Shown here: piece after piece, positions 49,439-64,000 of the stretch
Layout: each line of letters begins with the position of its first letter
Numbering within the stretch: the stretch's first letter is position 1
Assembly: GCA_010093605.1 (NCBI GenBank)
Contig: MU004181.1
Location: 2,542,001 to 2,606,000, forward strand
Source of the DNA: Lophium mytilinum
Taxonomy: Eukaryota
DNA: 64,000 nt
Direction: 5' to 3'
The notes under the pieces: model-generated
Database searches by the model: none
The model's input: only the letters and a program-made list of their open reading frames with translations
Told to the model about the DNA's origin: nothing
Program-made: the position numbers and the translations under genes

Positions 49439-50437
49439 ATGGTCGCTATTCAAGCTGTGCGGTCGCACAACGCCGCTCTCAAAGATCTCGGACCTGGCCT
49501 CGTCGCCGTCTTTGTTGGCGGCACCAGCGGGATTGGTCTTTCCACAGCAAGAGAGTTCGTCCGAAACACAACCTCTCCACGTCTCTATCTCGTCGGTCGC
49601 AATCAGGAAGAAGCAACGAAAATAGCGCAAGAGTTCGACCAAATCAATCCCGAGAGCAAGACCACCTTCGTTAAAGCAGACCTCTCCCTCCTCCGTAATG
49701 TCGACAAAGCGTGCAGCGAGATTCAAGCCAAGGAGCCCAAGATCAACCTAATCTTCATGACTTGCGGGTACTTCACCACGAAAGGACGCCAAGAGACCGC
49801 TGAAGGCCTTGATCGGAAGTTCAGCTTGCACTACTATGCTCGTTGGAGGTTCGCACAGAACCTCCTACCTCAGCTTACCGCTGCGGCAACCTCGGATCCC
49901 CTTTCCCGAGTGGTCTCCGTGCTCGACCCCATGATCCGGAGTAATTTGGTCCTCGACGATCTGAGCCTCAAGACGCATTTCAGTCTTTCCAACTGCGCCG
50001 CACACGCTTGTGGCTTCAGCGACTTTGCGGCGGAGGAGCTCGCCGCTGCAAACCCGAACACTTCGTTCATACACGCGTACCCAGGGCTTGTCAATACCGG
50101 ACTTGCGAACACATTTGGACCTATTCTGAGAGTAGGCGCCACGATTCTAATGGCTGCCCTGAAGCCTTTCGCGGTGCCGCTTACAGAGAGCGGAGAGAGA
50201 CATCTATACGCTGCTACGAATCAGGCATATGCGCCGAAGGCGAAGGCTGGCGAGGACGCCGCGTTAGGAAGTGATGGTGTCAAGGGCAGTGGTGCGTACT
50301 GGTTGAGCTGGAATGGAGAGAGGATGGATAGTGATCGCTTGAAGGGATATCGGGCGCAAGGATTGGGAAAGACTATTTGGGCGCACACTCTTGAGGTGTT
50401 TGACAAGATCTGTGGAACCGAAGGGGGGAAGTACTGA
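49439..50437 (+). CDS. Short-chain dehydrogenase/reductase-like NAD(P)-binding protein
   Basis: Intronless 332-aa ORF with the Rossmann motif VFVGGTSGIG, plus LVGRN, ADLS and HAYPGLVNT. Confidence 0.9.
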   Translation: MVAIQAVRSHNAALKDLGPGLVAVFVGGTSGIGLSTAREFVRNTTSPRLYLVGRNQEEATKIAQEFDQINPESKTTFVKADLSLLRNVDKACSEIQAKEPKINLIFMTCGYFTTKGRQETAEGLDRKFSLHYYARWRFAQNLLPQLTAAATSDPLSRVVSVLDPMIRSNLVLDDLSLKTHFSLSNCAAHACGFSDFAAEELAAANPNTSFIHAYPGLVNTGLANTFGPILRVGATILMAALKPFAVPLTESGERHLYAATNQAYAPKAKAGEDAALGSDGVKGSGAYWLSWNGERMDSDRLKGYRAQGLGKTIWAHTLEVFDKICGTEGGKY

Positions 50438-51352
50438 GTATCAATGAATCTCAATGGGGGGGGGTGGTAATGGTGCAGGATTAACGAGTCAAGTTTGGCA
50501 ATTGTACGAGCTGGAGGGATTCCCTTAAAGAGCGTGCTTATATTTTGGAGCCTTGTTATTGAGCGTTTTTCATACCAAAAGATACCTAAGTTGCCTCTCT
50601 TCTATCACGTTTCAAGGCGCCGTCAAATCCCGCAAAAAGCGCCAAGACGCACGGACGATACGAAATATCCTAGAACAATCTCGCTTCCTTCGCCCTCTTC
50701 CATCAACAAGATCAACATCACGCCTTAAAGCCCTTCCGACATCCGCTCATTACTATAGCACAGGGCTATATCATGAGACCCCAAGCTCCGCGGTACTTGG
50801 CGGAAATATTGGGCATCGAAGCCGCACCGAATCATTGGAGTCCATTTGGATGCATCGGCCCGCCGGGACCTGCAGCTTGATATACCCGGAACGAGCTTAA
50901 TTAAACCAGCCACAATGTCCGTCATACATGACACGCGCTTCCCATCTGCCCAATCGAATGCTTTTCTTGTATATTTCTAGAAGACGTCCTGCTTGTCTTT
51001 TCTGCCCTACTTTACATGCAGCTTCGCCTAACATTATTGTGTTAATGAAGTTGATCAATATTGGGTCCGATCATCCTCAATTTCTTGAAAGATGCGTAAA
51101 ACACCTAGTGGCTGGCATTTCATTATAGCAATCTCGTTTTGTTTCTCCGGAGTGGGTTTGCGGGGGGTATGAGATCGCTTCCGAAACACGACCTTGGAAT
51201 TTCATCTGGAAAGTATTTCTCCCGATGATAGTGTATTAAGCTGTTGTCATGGCCTTTACTTATATACTTTCATGACTACTTGCCTATTATCTGTGCCATT
51301 CTCTCTCCTTGATATTGCCGTTTGCTAAACTCAAATCGAGATCCTCGTCGCC

Positions 51353-53235
51353 ATGAAGAAAAGCTTCTCATTAGGAGCCCTAGCTCTCTTCTGGAGAAGC
51401 GCTGTGGCACTTACATGTACCGAAACGTTTACTCCTGTCACCGCTTCAGCATTCGTGGCGGCTTTGAACCCTGGATGGAACCTTGGAAACACGTTGGATG
51501 CTACCGAGACTGAGGGCGATTGGAACAACCCGCCAGTCGTCGCAGCCACGTTTGATGACATTAAAGCCGCCGGCTTCAAGAGTGTTAGGCTTCCAGGTAA
51601 GCTTCATCTACCAAAATCTCGAACATGCTTCTAACCCAAAGCTAGTAACATGGGCCTATCACTTCACGGGAAGCTCCCCGGACTGGACGGTAGATGCCAC
51701 TTGGTTGCAGCGAGTATCAGATGTCGTTGATATGATAACTGCTCGCGGATTCCATACCATCGTCAATGTCCACCACGACTCTTGGATATGGGCTGATGTT
51801 TCTGCATCTGGAGCCAACCTGACAATGATTGAGGAGCGGTTCTATCGCCTATGGTACCAGATTGGAACGAAGTTAGCGTGCAAGTCGCAGCTGGTTGCAT
51901 TTGAGCCGATCAACGAACCACCAGGGACTACCGCTGAACATGCCGCGGAGTTGAATAAGCTCAACAACATCTTCCTTCAGGCTATCAATGATGCAAGCGG
52001 GTTCAACCCAAAGCGTGTGGTCACGCTCGTTGGGCTTGGGGAAGATAGTGTGAAGACTTCAACTTGGTTTGAACCTCCTAACTCATCATTCACGAATCCG
52101 TGGGCTATTCAGTATCACTACTACTCTCCTTGTAAGTGTTCGCTAGCTTTCTGATTATCAGTTTCTAACAAAGCCTCTAGATGACTTCATCTTCTCCGCA
52201 TGGGGCAAGACAATCTGGGGCTCCGACTCGGACAAGGCTACCCTCGAAGCCGATTTCGCCAACATCAGAGGCAACTTCACCGACGTCCCGCTCCTGATTG
52301 GCGAGTGGGCCGCGTCGCCTGTTGCTACCGAGACCACCGGCCGCTGGAAGTACTCTGATTTCCTCGTCAAAACGGCGAAGAAATACAATACAGCGACGCT
52401 GCTCTGGGACAACGGGAATGACTTCCTCGACCGCAGTTCGCACACATGGCGAGATCAGGTCGCAATTGATATCATCACCAACGCGACTGAGGGCGTGGCG
52501 AATTCCCTTCCGGACAGTACTACAGATGGTGCGGCCACCAGCCAATGGAGTTCAGCTTACATCTATCACAAAGCTGGTACATCCGTAACGGACCAGAGTC
52601 TCCCGTTCCTTCTTAATGGTAACACACTGGAATCGATTCACAGCTCTTCAAAGAAACTCGCTGCTTCGACGGACTATGTTGTTGATGGGTCAAACATCAC
52701 CTTCAAAGCGTCGCTGCTTTCATCCTTCATCTCCAGCTCCACGGCTCCAGGCCCTGTTACGAACCTCACGCTCACGTTCTCGGCGGGCGCATCCCTCGTG
52801 GTGACGGTCGTTCAATGGGACGTCCCAGTCCTTGGATCTACGACCTCAAAGGCTGTCTCTGGAGCCGACCTCGCCATCCCGATCACTTGGAAGGGCGTCT
52901 CGAAACCGGCGGCGGTGCAGGCGCTGGAGAGCGACGGCACGTACCTGGAAGACACATGGACGGTGTATTTGGGGCCGCTGCAGCAAGCTAGAACAGTACG
53001 TCTTATCTTATCATATTCCTAGAAGGCCGTCGACATAAAACGGGTTCTAAGCTGAAGACGGACGCTAATTCGCTGGCAGACATACGCCAACCAGTGGAAC
53101 TGGGACTCATCGCACATTATCATCACGGCATCAGCGGTAGCTGACGTCATTGCATCGGGAAAGAGCACCACTTTCACAGTTGAGGCGTATCCGCGGGTCG
53201 CAGGGAACTATGCCAACTATACGCTGACGGTGTGA
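51353..53235 (+). CDS. Secreted GH5 endoglucanase-like glycoside hydrolase with C-terminal Ig-like/CBM modules, 4 exons
   Basis: Signal peptide, then PGWNLGNTLDA, SVRLPVTW, NVHHDSW, FEPINEP (acid/base Glu), YHYYSP, LIGEW (nucleophile Glu) and LWDNG. Stop at TGA 53233-53235. Confidence 0.93.
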
Positions 53236-53792
53236 TGCGGCGCCCCAAGTAGGAGCAGATGGAGGAAAAGAGAGAAATTTGAATGATGGAGCCCAGTGTT
53301 TCTTTGTATATATTTGAGAAATTTGGATCGAATGGCAGACAGGAGTCGTTGTGAATGTCAACTGGAGAGTCGTGACAGTCGTTTGGTGTTGAGTTTTGCT
53401 GGGGGCTGATTGGCGCTCGGTCGCAGTCCAGCGGAAACTTCAAGCGGGCCCAGCCTCGCGACCGTCAACATTGTGCATCGCGAACTCTATTCTCCGAGTT
53501 GTGACAGCAGCAAGCGTGTAGATGACAGGGCGGCATTAAATTAATAGGGACAAATCAAAAGCACTGTCGTGTCCGCCAGCCGGCGTTTCAGGCGTGGCCG
53601 TGCTTGCGTGCGTGGGGATGCGCTGATGTGGCTGTCCCAGCCTCATCTTTCGTCCCAACCACCCGCATTGGATGGAGCACAGAGCCCACCACCAGCCCCC
53701 CCGCATACAAGAGCAAATCGCTCGCTCCATACCGCTGTCATGTTACCGTCCTCCACCACTGCACTTCTTCCTATACATTCTGCGCAACCGTC

Positions 53793-56593
53793 ATGAGCCT
53801 TGAGCCCCCCTTCTCTCTGAAACAAACCAACGGTCAGCCTCTCCCGTCTTCCAGCCCGAAACTGAATGCTAATGCCATGTCGCATATAGTCAGTCGCCCC
53901 CAATTACTGCACTCCGATTCCAAGCAGAGCATCACTGCCTCCGAAGACTTCTTCTCCCTCTCCGATACCAACTCGAGCGAGAGCGATGATCCCTCGAAGC
54001 TCACAAACTTCCGATACCAGACCCCACCCTCGCGCTTCAGAACCCCACAACAAAGCCATGAGCGTGTGCACTCTCAGACTACACTTCCTACGGTGAACAT
54101 TGGCAAGAAGAGACTGCCTCCGCAGGCTCAAACTTCCCACCTATCTCCATCATCACCCACATTCAGCGAGAAGTCTATCGCTCGGAAGCCCGTCCCGATT
54201 TCACCCTCCGACGCCCAGAACCCCGAGCTGAGGGACAGCAAGTTCTCGCAAATACCACATCCGATGGATTCCGAATCCCTTTCTACGACGCCCGGCATGG
54301 ACGATACTCCCTACATCCGCTTTGCCATCGACCAGCTCACACGGGACGAGGAAGTAAGAGGCTCAAGACAGTACACCACGGCTGAAGACGAAGACTATCC
54401 TGTGGACCGAATAGTCTCAGATGAGGGCCTGGGATATGGAGCTCAAGAACGGGATAGGCAACGGAAAATGTCTCGCGGGCTACCACCCCGGCATCCTCAG
54501 CATACTGCTCCCAGCAAGCCCGCCCCACTAGCTCGACGAGACATCTTCGTGCCTCACCAGCCAGCGCCCAATTCTTTACAATACCCTGCTCTCAACTTCA
54601 TGCCCGGCATCCTTGGACCCCTCTGGCTGGGACTCTACTTGTTCCTCTGCCTACTCATGCTCGCCGGCCTCATCTTCAGTGCTGTTTACTCGAACCAAAA
54701 CCAAGGTCTTTGGGATTACATATCTTTTGGCGACAGCCGATACTTCGTTTTTGAATACTTGCCCACCTTTTTCGGCATCATCCTATTAATGTGGCTCTTC
54801 CAAATCCAAATCGCCCTTCAGAGAACTGCACCCTTCATTGCCATGGCATCCGAATCACAAAGACAGCGCTCTGAAGCTGTCTTCCTTGAGTTGTATCCCA
54901 TGCAATTCCTCCTCCCAAAGTTTGAGCATTTCCGCGCTGGTCAGCCAGTTATCGGGGTTTGCTATGTAATATTCTGGCTCTTTTCCTGGACTGTACCACT
55001 TCTTGCCTCTTCTTTCAACGTTCGATACGATACAGAATCGGGGAATTGGAGATGGATTGCTGTACAGGGCGTCATTTGGACTACCGCCGTCCTCTACATA
55101 CTACTAATACTTGCACTAATTGCTCTTGGAGCGTACATTTCCCACAAGACGACCGGATTAAAGTGGGATCCGAGGTCTATTGCCGATATCATTGCTCTTC
55201 TCGAACGATCCAACATCATGAACGACTACAACGGCTCCGAGACTTTTGTTGAAGACGAGTTCCGCCAACGCCTGGGCAACCGAACGGATCGCATTGGATA
55301 CTGGCACACTTCGAAACGCACCAGCGATATCTTCTACGGCATTGGAGAGGAGGGTGGAGCGACGAGGCGGTACTCCATCGAGCAAGGCAGGATTCGGGAG
55401 AAGGCTCCTGAACGGCAATATCCAGCGACCGGAGATGTCGAAGCTCAACGTGGCGACTTCTCTATCCGCATGGATATCCGCTCGGCAGGTGTACGCTTGA
55501 GATATCTTCCTTGGTATCTTAAAGACACTTTTGTCATCATGTGGATTGTCATCGCAGTTGTCCTTCTCCTAGCATTCTTCGTTGTTAGCTTCGTCAATAG
55601 CAAGACAAAGCATGGCTTCCTGCCGCAGGTTCCAGCAAGAGCCAATTCTGGTAAGTTATCCCTATCCGAGTAGTCATCGAAGCAGACACTAATTGCGTAT
55701 TAGCTGGATTCTCCGCGTCCAACTTCCTCTTCTCCTTCGTCCCCGCCGTCATTGCCCAGTTCCTCTTCCTCGCCTTCCTCTCCCTCGACTATTCTCTTCG
55801 AGCTCTCCAGCCTTACGCTTCCCTCTCCGCTCCAGGTGGTGCTACGGCTGAGGCATCCCTTCTCGCCGACTACCCCTGCCGACTCCCCCTCTCCGTCACC
55901 GTCTCCGCGATCGCCAACCGCCACTTCCGCATGGCCTTCGTTTCCCTCGTTTCTCTTACAGCAGCAGCCCTCCCCGTCCTCGCTGGCGGCTGCTTCTGGA
56001 CGCAATTCTACCCCAACAGCACCGAAGTTCGCGTCGCAGCCCATCTTCCCGCCTACTACGCTCTGTGCTTCTTCCTCGCCCTATACGCAATCAGCCTCTT
56101 CGCCCTGCTGCCAGAACGCAGGCGTGCCGCACTCCCACACCGCGCCAGCACCCTCGCAGAGATTATCAGCTGGCTCTACCAAAGCCAAATCCTCGCCGAC
56201 CGCGCCTTCGCACGGCCTTACACCAAGGCCGACCTCGTCACGAAGCTCATGGGCGCCGCCTACATGGAGAAGGGATGGGCAGCGCGCAGCCTCACGGCTT
56301 TGACGACACCATCCCGCCGCAACCTCCGCGAAGAGGAAGCGGGCCCGTCTGTGCTCCCTGTTGCTGAGAAGCGCGGTAAGGGCAAGGCTCCCATGGGCGA
56401 CGAAGAGGATGATGGCGGCAAGCGCATGAGCCTCTTGGATCCCGGCGCGATCAGGTACGGCTTCGGCATCCATGTCGGCCGTGATGGGCTCGAGCATCTC
56501 GGCATCGACCGCGTGAAGCGGGGTGGCCAGTACGGGCGCGAGATGGTGCTTTATGAGGAGCAGAGGAGGAGCTTTGGGGAGCAAAGAGTTTGA
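53793..56593 (+). CDS. Multi-pass membrane protein, DUF3433-like, 2 exons
   Basis: ATG at 53793. A disordered N-terminus (PGMDDTPYIRFAIDQLTRDEE) precedes two repeated hydrophobic blocks (EYLPT...RTAPF; SFVPA...LQPYA) and TGLKWDPRSIADII. Intron at about 55650-55703. Confidence 0.8.
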
Positions 56594-57753
56594 GCATCGC
56601 GGAAAGGCTGCTTCCGTTTTCTTTTCCTTTCCCTTCATCGAATCGTGCATTTCAGCGAGCGAGCGAGCGGGCTATACTACAGGTTTTATGGGCTATGGGT
56701 TACGGTTTTATGGGTCACGGCATGGCATGGCATGGCATGGAGCACAGCTCTGCCCTCTTACGGATATATATTGTACGGTATGGAGTGGATTGGATGGGTT
56801 GGATGACTGTCGATAATGTATTATGGATAGAGAAACGATGAGGTCCCCCTTCTGATTTCTGCGCTTGAGACTTGATTGTGATTGTTTCTGTGCTTTTGAT
56901 CGCGCATCGCTCTTGATGATATCGCATACTACCTTGATCCCCTTCTCGCTCTTCTCCATTCCTGTCACTCGAAGCAGGGCGTCCGAGCGTTCGCCGAAAT
57001 CCGAGAGGAAGCCGGCTGGGAAACTTGGCGCGTCAATTTCGCGCTTGGATGACGTCAACGCGTTTTGGTGGGATGGTGGGGTAGTGAGAGGGCAGTGCTG
57101 GTGGTGAGTTTGGGATGCGTTAATTGCTTCACTTGAAGATAAATACCTGGAGACGATCTCATTATCTAGGAGGGGAAATCAGCCATAAACCCACAAATTC
57201 ATCAAATCACCATCAATGGAAAAGTTTCAAGAATTAGAACATCTGTCGTTCTGATTTTGAGTATGAACCGAGACATCGAATGCCGGGTGCCCGAAAGCGA
57301 GAACCGGGCTTACAGTCAATGGTATGCTCGTTCAATTCCAATATCGCAAAGAGTAGAGCAAAAGAGACTATTTACACAGAGCAAGAGCACTAAGGAAAAG
57401 ACATCATCCTGCATCCCGAAGGCGCTGATTCCTGATCCGGCTCGAGAATCCATGAAACAATCAAAAGAAAAGGAAATCCGTGAGAACAACAAAGCATGGT
57501 ATGGAGAGGTCAGCACCACCAAAAGGTAGCACTATCTGTCCAATTGATCAAAGATCAAATATTCCAGCTCGTCATATTCGCAGCAAAAGTCCCTTGAACA
57601 AAAGAGAAGATTTGTCCATCCGTGTATGTGATTATGGGGAAAAGCAAGTGCAGATGTGTCGGTAGTGTAAGGGGAATTGTGCAAGTGATGGTGATGTGTG
57701 TTGGGGATTGTATGTTCTCCGATCAACCCGATCAGCAGCACATTGCCAGAGGT

Positions 57754-59681
<1,928 letters not shown>

Positions 59682-60719
59682 GGCTGTACTGGAGCGAGTG
59701 GAGGATTGGCGGGTGGGCTAATGAGGTGTAAGCACGAAGTTTATGAGAATGTTGTGAGGAGGTTGTGAGGATGAAGATGGAGTGCAGCGGTGTTGTGACG
59801 AGGCGCTGATTTATAGTTTGTCGCCAAGACGCTAGTCCAGAATAGGCAAAATCGACTTACAGAGGAAAGGGTGGCTGACGAAGCCCATATCCTACTAAAA
59901 AATTGCTAAGTAAGAAAGTTAGCTGAAGCCCTTCCGAAAGGTACGTTAAGCTGAGAAAACAGAGGAGAGGAATACACGCTCCAAAACGTAACATCTCATC
60001 TGAGGGTTCGAAAACAAGCTGAAGTCCGCCTAACGATTGCAACCCGTAGGAAAGAATAGGAGATCTGAAAGACCATTCGTAGTGGGAGGGAACAAGAGTA
60101 TGAAGAGCAAGAGCGCACACACAAGCGTGACTAAATAGAACAGAAGTGTGTACGTAAATGGGACCAAACAGAGCCAAAGCGTACACATGAACGTAAAAAA
60201 TTACAACGAAAACATTATTAAACTTACTCCCAGATGTACCGCTGGTACACCCCCCAGCAGCAGGGGCAGAGTGGCCCAGTGACCACCTGCCCCCACCCTG
60301 GGAGCCAATAGACTAGGAGCGCCGACACGGCGCACGAACGAATGCCACAGTAGCGGCATAGTCTAATTCACAGTCTAATTAGCATTACATTCTACGATAC
60401 TCCCAAAATCAAAGCTTGCGTTCAAGAGCCTTGTGAATGATGATCCATTGTTGTAGGTATTCCAAGAACGTCCAGAATTCCGGGAAGCGAGGTCCAAATA
60501 CACAGTATGGCGGATTATACATCGTGTTCCAGGCAGTCGTGATTAGTCCAGGGGGGCAAGGCAAGATTTCAGGTGCTGTAAGACGTAATCGCGGACGGAG
60601 CAGATATACAGAGCCATATACTTATGGCAGCATACCATGTACCGAAAATAAAGGCCAATATAAAGCACCCATTGATGTTGTTGAGGCTTCAAACCGTTTT
60701 GAATGGTCCAAGGGGATCA

Positions 60720-61790
60720 TAGCATGATTCCAGATGCTGCAGCCGTATTCGAAGAGGCAGCAAATATATAATGGGGAGTCGGTAGTGTGAAAGCGAGTAG
60801 TCCAAAAGCGACAGCGAGATATAGGTCCCGACGGAAGGTGCATTAGCCTCCAGGAAGCTGTTGGTAGGCGAAGGGGGTAGTAGCAGGGCGCCATGGTACG
60901 CAATGAAGAACAGAAAAGAGTAGGAAACAAGGCTTAGGGAAATATGCCAGAGCTTTGTAGATATTCTCATGTCCGTGGAGCCAGTCTAGCTAGGTGAAGA
61001 CATTTCGGAAATGAGGCCCAGATATGAAGCTCGGTAAAATGTGCATCACGCCTCGGGAAAATGGGCTAGGGGGGTACAGCATGGATGCTATACACCGCAG
61101 TCGTATCCAAGGAAGGAGCGCATACACATGACATAGTATACTTTGGGACACCGAGTAGCCCAAAAGCGAAAACGAAACAGACAATTCGGCAAGTAGTAGT
61201 ATGTTCTGGCCCCGTCTGAGTTGGCCTGGAGAGCTTTGAAGCTCGCCAAAAGTGTCGTTTTCTAGCTCTTGACCACTTATGGGGGCACCTCATGCGGCGG
61301 TAGACAAGTGTCAGCAGGCCTACGTGCTGAAGTCGTATCCAAGGGCGGAGCGGATACACGATGTCTTTCACGACTCGACAAGTGCCAGCTCATTTCAACA
61401 CCGTCTGGGTTGACCTGGCGAGCGATCCGACTTGCCGAAAGGGTGGTGTGCCAGTCCCTCGAAACCTATTGGGCACCCCAAGCGGTGCTAGACAAGTGCA
61501 CACAAGCTCTGAATAGGTGTATATCCAAAGTTAAGGAAGCTTGAAGATCGAAGCCCCGATACGCAGACTGCCACTCTTTGTTCCAGGGAGCCTGAGGGTT
61601 GGCACCGCAAGATTCCAGATGCTGTAGACATTGGCAAGGAAGAAGCGGACATTGACAGCGATATGACTGAGGCAGGGCGCCAGTAACATGAGAACAGGGG
61701 CCAGATCTGAAGGACAAACGAATGTGCATTTGCTCCAGAGATTTAGAGATGGACTAGGGGCGTAACAGATGCGGCCTAGATGGCGCAACC
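60720..61790. repeat. Degenerate direct-repeat tract (3-4 partial copies)
   Basis: Shared blocks: gattccagatgctg (60726, 61611), agtcgtatccaagg (61099, 61331), cgagtagYccaaaagcga (60794, 61152) and ccagatMtgaag...aatgtgcat (about 61018, 61701). Confidence 0.7.
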
Positions 61791-62248
61791 GGGACGAAAT
61801 GAGGAACAGATTTGGGTGTAAACTGAGCCAACATCGTTCCCGAGCCATCATGAGTAGTTGAAGGAGGCCAATACGGAAGTCTAAAGACCACGTAAAAGAT
61901 GGTCAGATCTGGAACGTAGCGACACGACCATCTTCCTCCAGGAATTGCAGATAGGCCATGGGGAACGCAACAGGACACCGTGAATGCCAATCAAGACAAG
62001 AAGAGGGTTGAAAATGAGGTGCGTTGAAATTTGCCATGTGCGCGCCGGTGTTTGGTGGCTCGAAGACTTCGGCTGTGATATCCAAGAGCAGAAGGCTATA
62101 GGTAGAGCGTCGATGAATGGCATGAGCTCCATGGAATGTAGGCTTTGGCCAGGGGAACAAGGGACAGGTGACAAGCTCTTCCAATGCCAGACAGCAAAGA
62201 GATAGATGTAGACTCCACGTTAGAAGACATCTCCTTGACGAGCTCTGG

Positions 62249-63159
62249 TTATCTTCCTGGGGCGCCTTCGGAGACTTTCAAAGCCAGCAAGTTCCCGGAG
62301 AGAGGCTCCAGATAAGTAAGTAGCACAAACAAGCCTACTTGAATTGTGGGTATGCTGTTTTGTATCTGGCTATAGGACTTCGAACAACGTCCAAGAGTGC
62401 TTCGTGTTCGGACCCGTGTTTTCAATATGAAGCAGGGCGAGTTCGCGATTGCAGTGCAAGCATAGAAACATGTAGCCATTGCTCTCGCTGCAGTCTCATG
62501 AGGTGTCCCTAGAGGCTATGACTGTACACCAAAGGATATTTGTGAGATGTCGTTTTGAGCCCGGGTAACAGTCTTGTCCTGGCTGTCCTCGAATATCGCA
62601 ATTGCCGCAAGGTGGTCACCTCAGATCGAGCGGTAATCCGGTGTCGGATGCAGACTTAAGATCTTGGTGTGGTCCTATCTTGAGCATGCCATAGCTGGCA
62701 GGCTGAGGAATTCAGCTGTCTGATATGAAGTGGACGCCTCGCAAAAGGCTTCAGAGGAAGCCAATCTGGCCCCAGTTAGTCAGTGCTAAGTAACACGAGG
62801 CAGATGTGACGGAGATGACTTACAGTTTTTGAAGGAGGTGACACGCGTCCAAGACGCGCCTGAGGCCAGCCAGCTGGATGACCAGCCGACTACTAGTAAG
62901 GAACACAGTCACAGGTGCTGCACCTGGCGGTATCCAAAGGGGCTTCAGTCCAGATCCAGGTCCGGGAAATCCTGGAGGTGCCTGCCAAAGGTTGACGGGC
63001 TCGGTCCGTAGAATCGTCTCGTGGAACTTTTCCGACCATCCACAAGGCTCTTTCGCAAGCTCAGATCGCACAGTAGCGACCTGGGGAGTTAGATCACTAA
63101 GAATGGGTTGTTACTTACGGAAAATCGGTCGGGCGTAGGGCGGGCACGACGTTGGCCAT
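62249..63159 (-). pseudogene. Possible decayed spliced gene
   Basis: Two canonical-looking minus-strand introns (63081-63118; 62766-62823, GTAAGT...CTGACTAAC...CAG). The frames joined across them contain stops. Confidence 0.3.
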
Positions 63160-64000
63160 TAGGGCGCGGTGTGAAGGAGAGAAGAACGGTGGGTCGAAAA
63201 TTCGCGTAGATGGACAGCAGCAGGTTGCCAAGCTTCCCTACCCACCCCTGTTCCAGCATATGCCGTCACCTTCCTAGCACGCCTAGCAGGACTTTCAACG
63301 CCATATCTACCTGATATCTGACCTCAGACGCGCGAGTAGCGAAAGGCCCTATATTCTTGAAGCTGTCACAACAACACCACCAGCAGCAGAGCAGTTTACC
63401 CGCTTCTCTGTGGGCCATGGCTCGCTGCTACATGCCACCGAAGCCGCCTCATACGGTTACAGCGGTGTGCAATTGCTGCTAGAAGGTGCACTGATAAACA
63501 ACACCCTAAGGAAGGCTTTGCTGTTATAGCGAGTCTCCAGTAGGGTGCGGCAACAGCCTCCTATTTGCAAGCCGGAGCAGAAGCTGAAAACCAACAGGAG
63601 ATGCCGTCGAGCATGCTTCGAAGCGGCAACAACAACATCAAAGCTCGAGCTCGTTAGGCCCGATCGATACCTTCCTCCGATCGCAAACGAATTCGGGCAT
63701 AAACCCAGAGGGGTATGAAAGCAACAAGACAGGAGAATGGAAGCGGCGGTCACTCGAACGGCCGTTTGACTACAAGAAGAATTGGACGACACACTCCTAG
63801 GGGTGCGAGGGAAGAGGCACATATTCAAACGTCAGCCGCAAGAATACGGTTTCAGGGTAAGACTACTCGTCACAAATTAGTGATAACTATGTGGAACGAG
63901 GAACATATGACAAAAGAATGGAATTTAGGACGCTATGAGAAGCGGCCTGGACTCGGAACAATGCTGTCGAGGGCACCAAGGTCATTCAAGAGCACAGGAA

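Noticed and set aside
51147..51165. CreA-type SYGGRG sites upstream of the GH5 gene
   Set aside because: Plausible, but the motif is too degenerate to call from sequence alone.
47430..53235. Secondary-metabolite cluster around the SDR
   Set aside because: There is no PKS, NRPS, terpene synthase or cluster transcription factor anywhere in the window.
56719..56740. (CATGG)n microsatellite
   Set aside because: An ordinary short 3' UTR simple repeat.
59906..60227. Intronic snoRNA in the putative helicase leader intron
   Set aside because: No clear box C (RUGAUGA) and box D (CUGA) pair or H/ACA layout was found by eye.
60720..61790. CRISPR-like array
   Set aside because: The context is eukaryotic, and the repeats are degenerate, of several different kinds and irregularly spaced.

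Overview
This is eukaryotic DNA from a filamentous ascomycete (Pezizomycotina), judged by short GT-AG introns with CTRAC branch points. The exact taxon cannot be fixed from the sequence. About 20 genes can be supported: an ABHD12-like hydrolase, a GFA-family protein, a peroxisomal thiolase with PTS2 and upstream CCGAGG sites, a secreted carboxylesterase, an amidase, a 4xCBM18 AA5 copper radical oxidase, two MFS transporters, a GPI-type GH18 chitinase, a fructosamine kinase, an SDR, a GH5 glycoside hydrolase, a DUF3433-like membrane protein, a Ded1-like DEAD-box helicase and several orphans. The most unusual structure lies in the first 9.5 kb: six co-oriented, mostly intronless-looking orphan genes for single-pass membrane proteins. 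Their upstream regions are dense in ACAATG/ACAAAG (HMG-box-type) motifs, and two of them are recognisable paralogs, one frameshifted. Other leads are an in-frame UAG separating the apparent start exon from an 883-codon ORF, symmetric cassette-like exons in the chitinase stalk, a TA-flanked 25-bp inverted-repeat element (probable MITE), and a degenerate repeat tract near 61 kb. No rRNA, tRNA or CRISPR was seen. Gene coordinates are spans that include introns read by eye.
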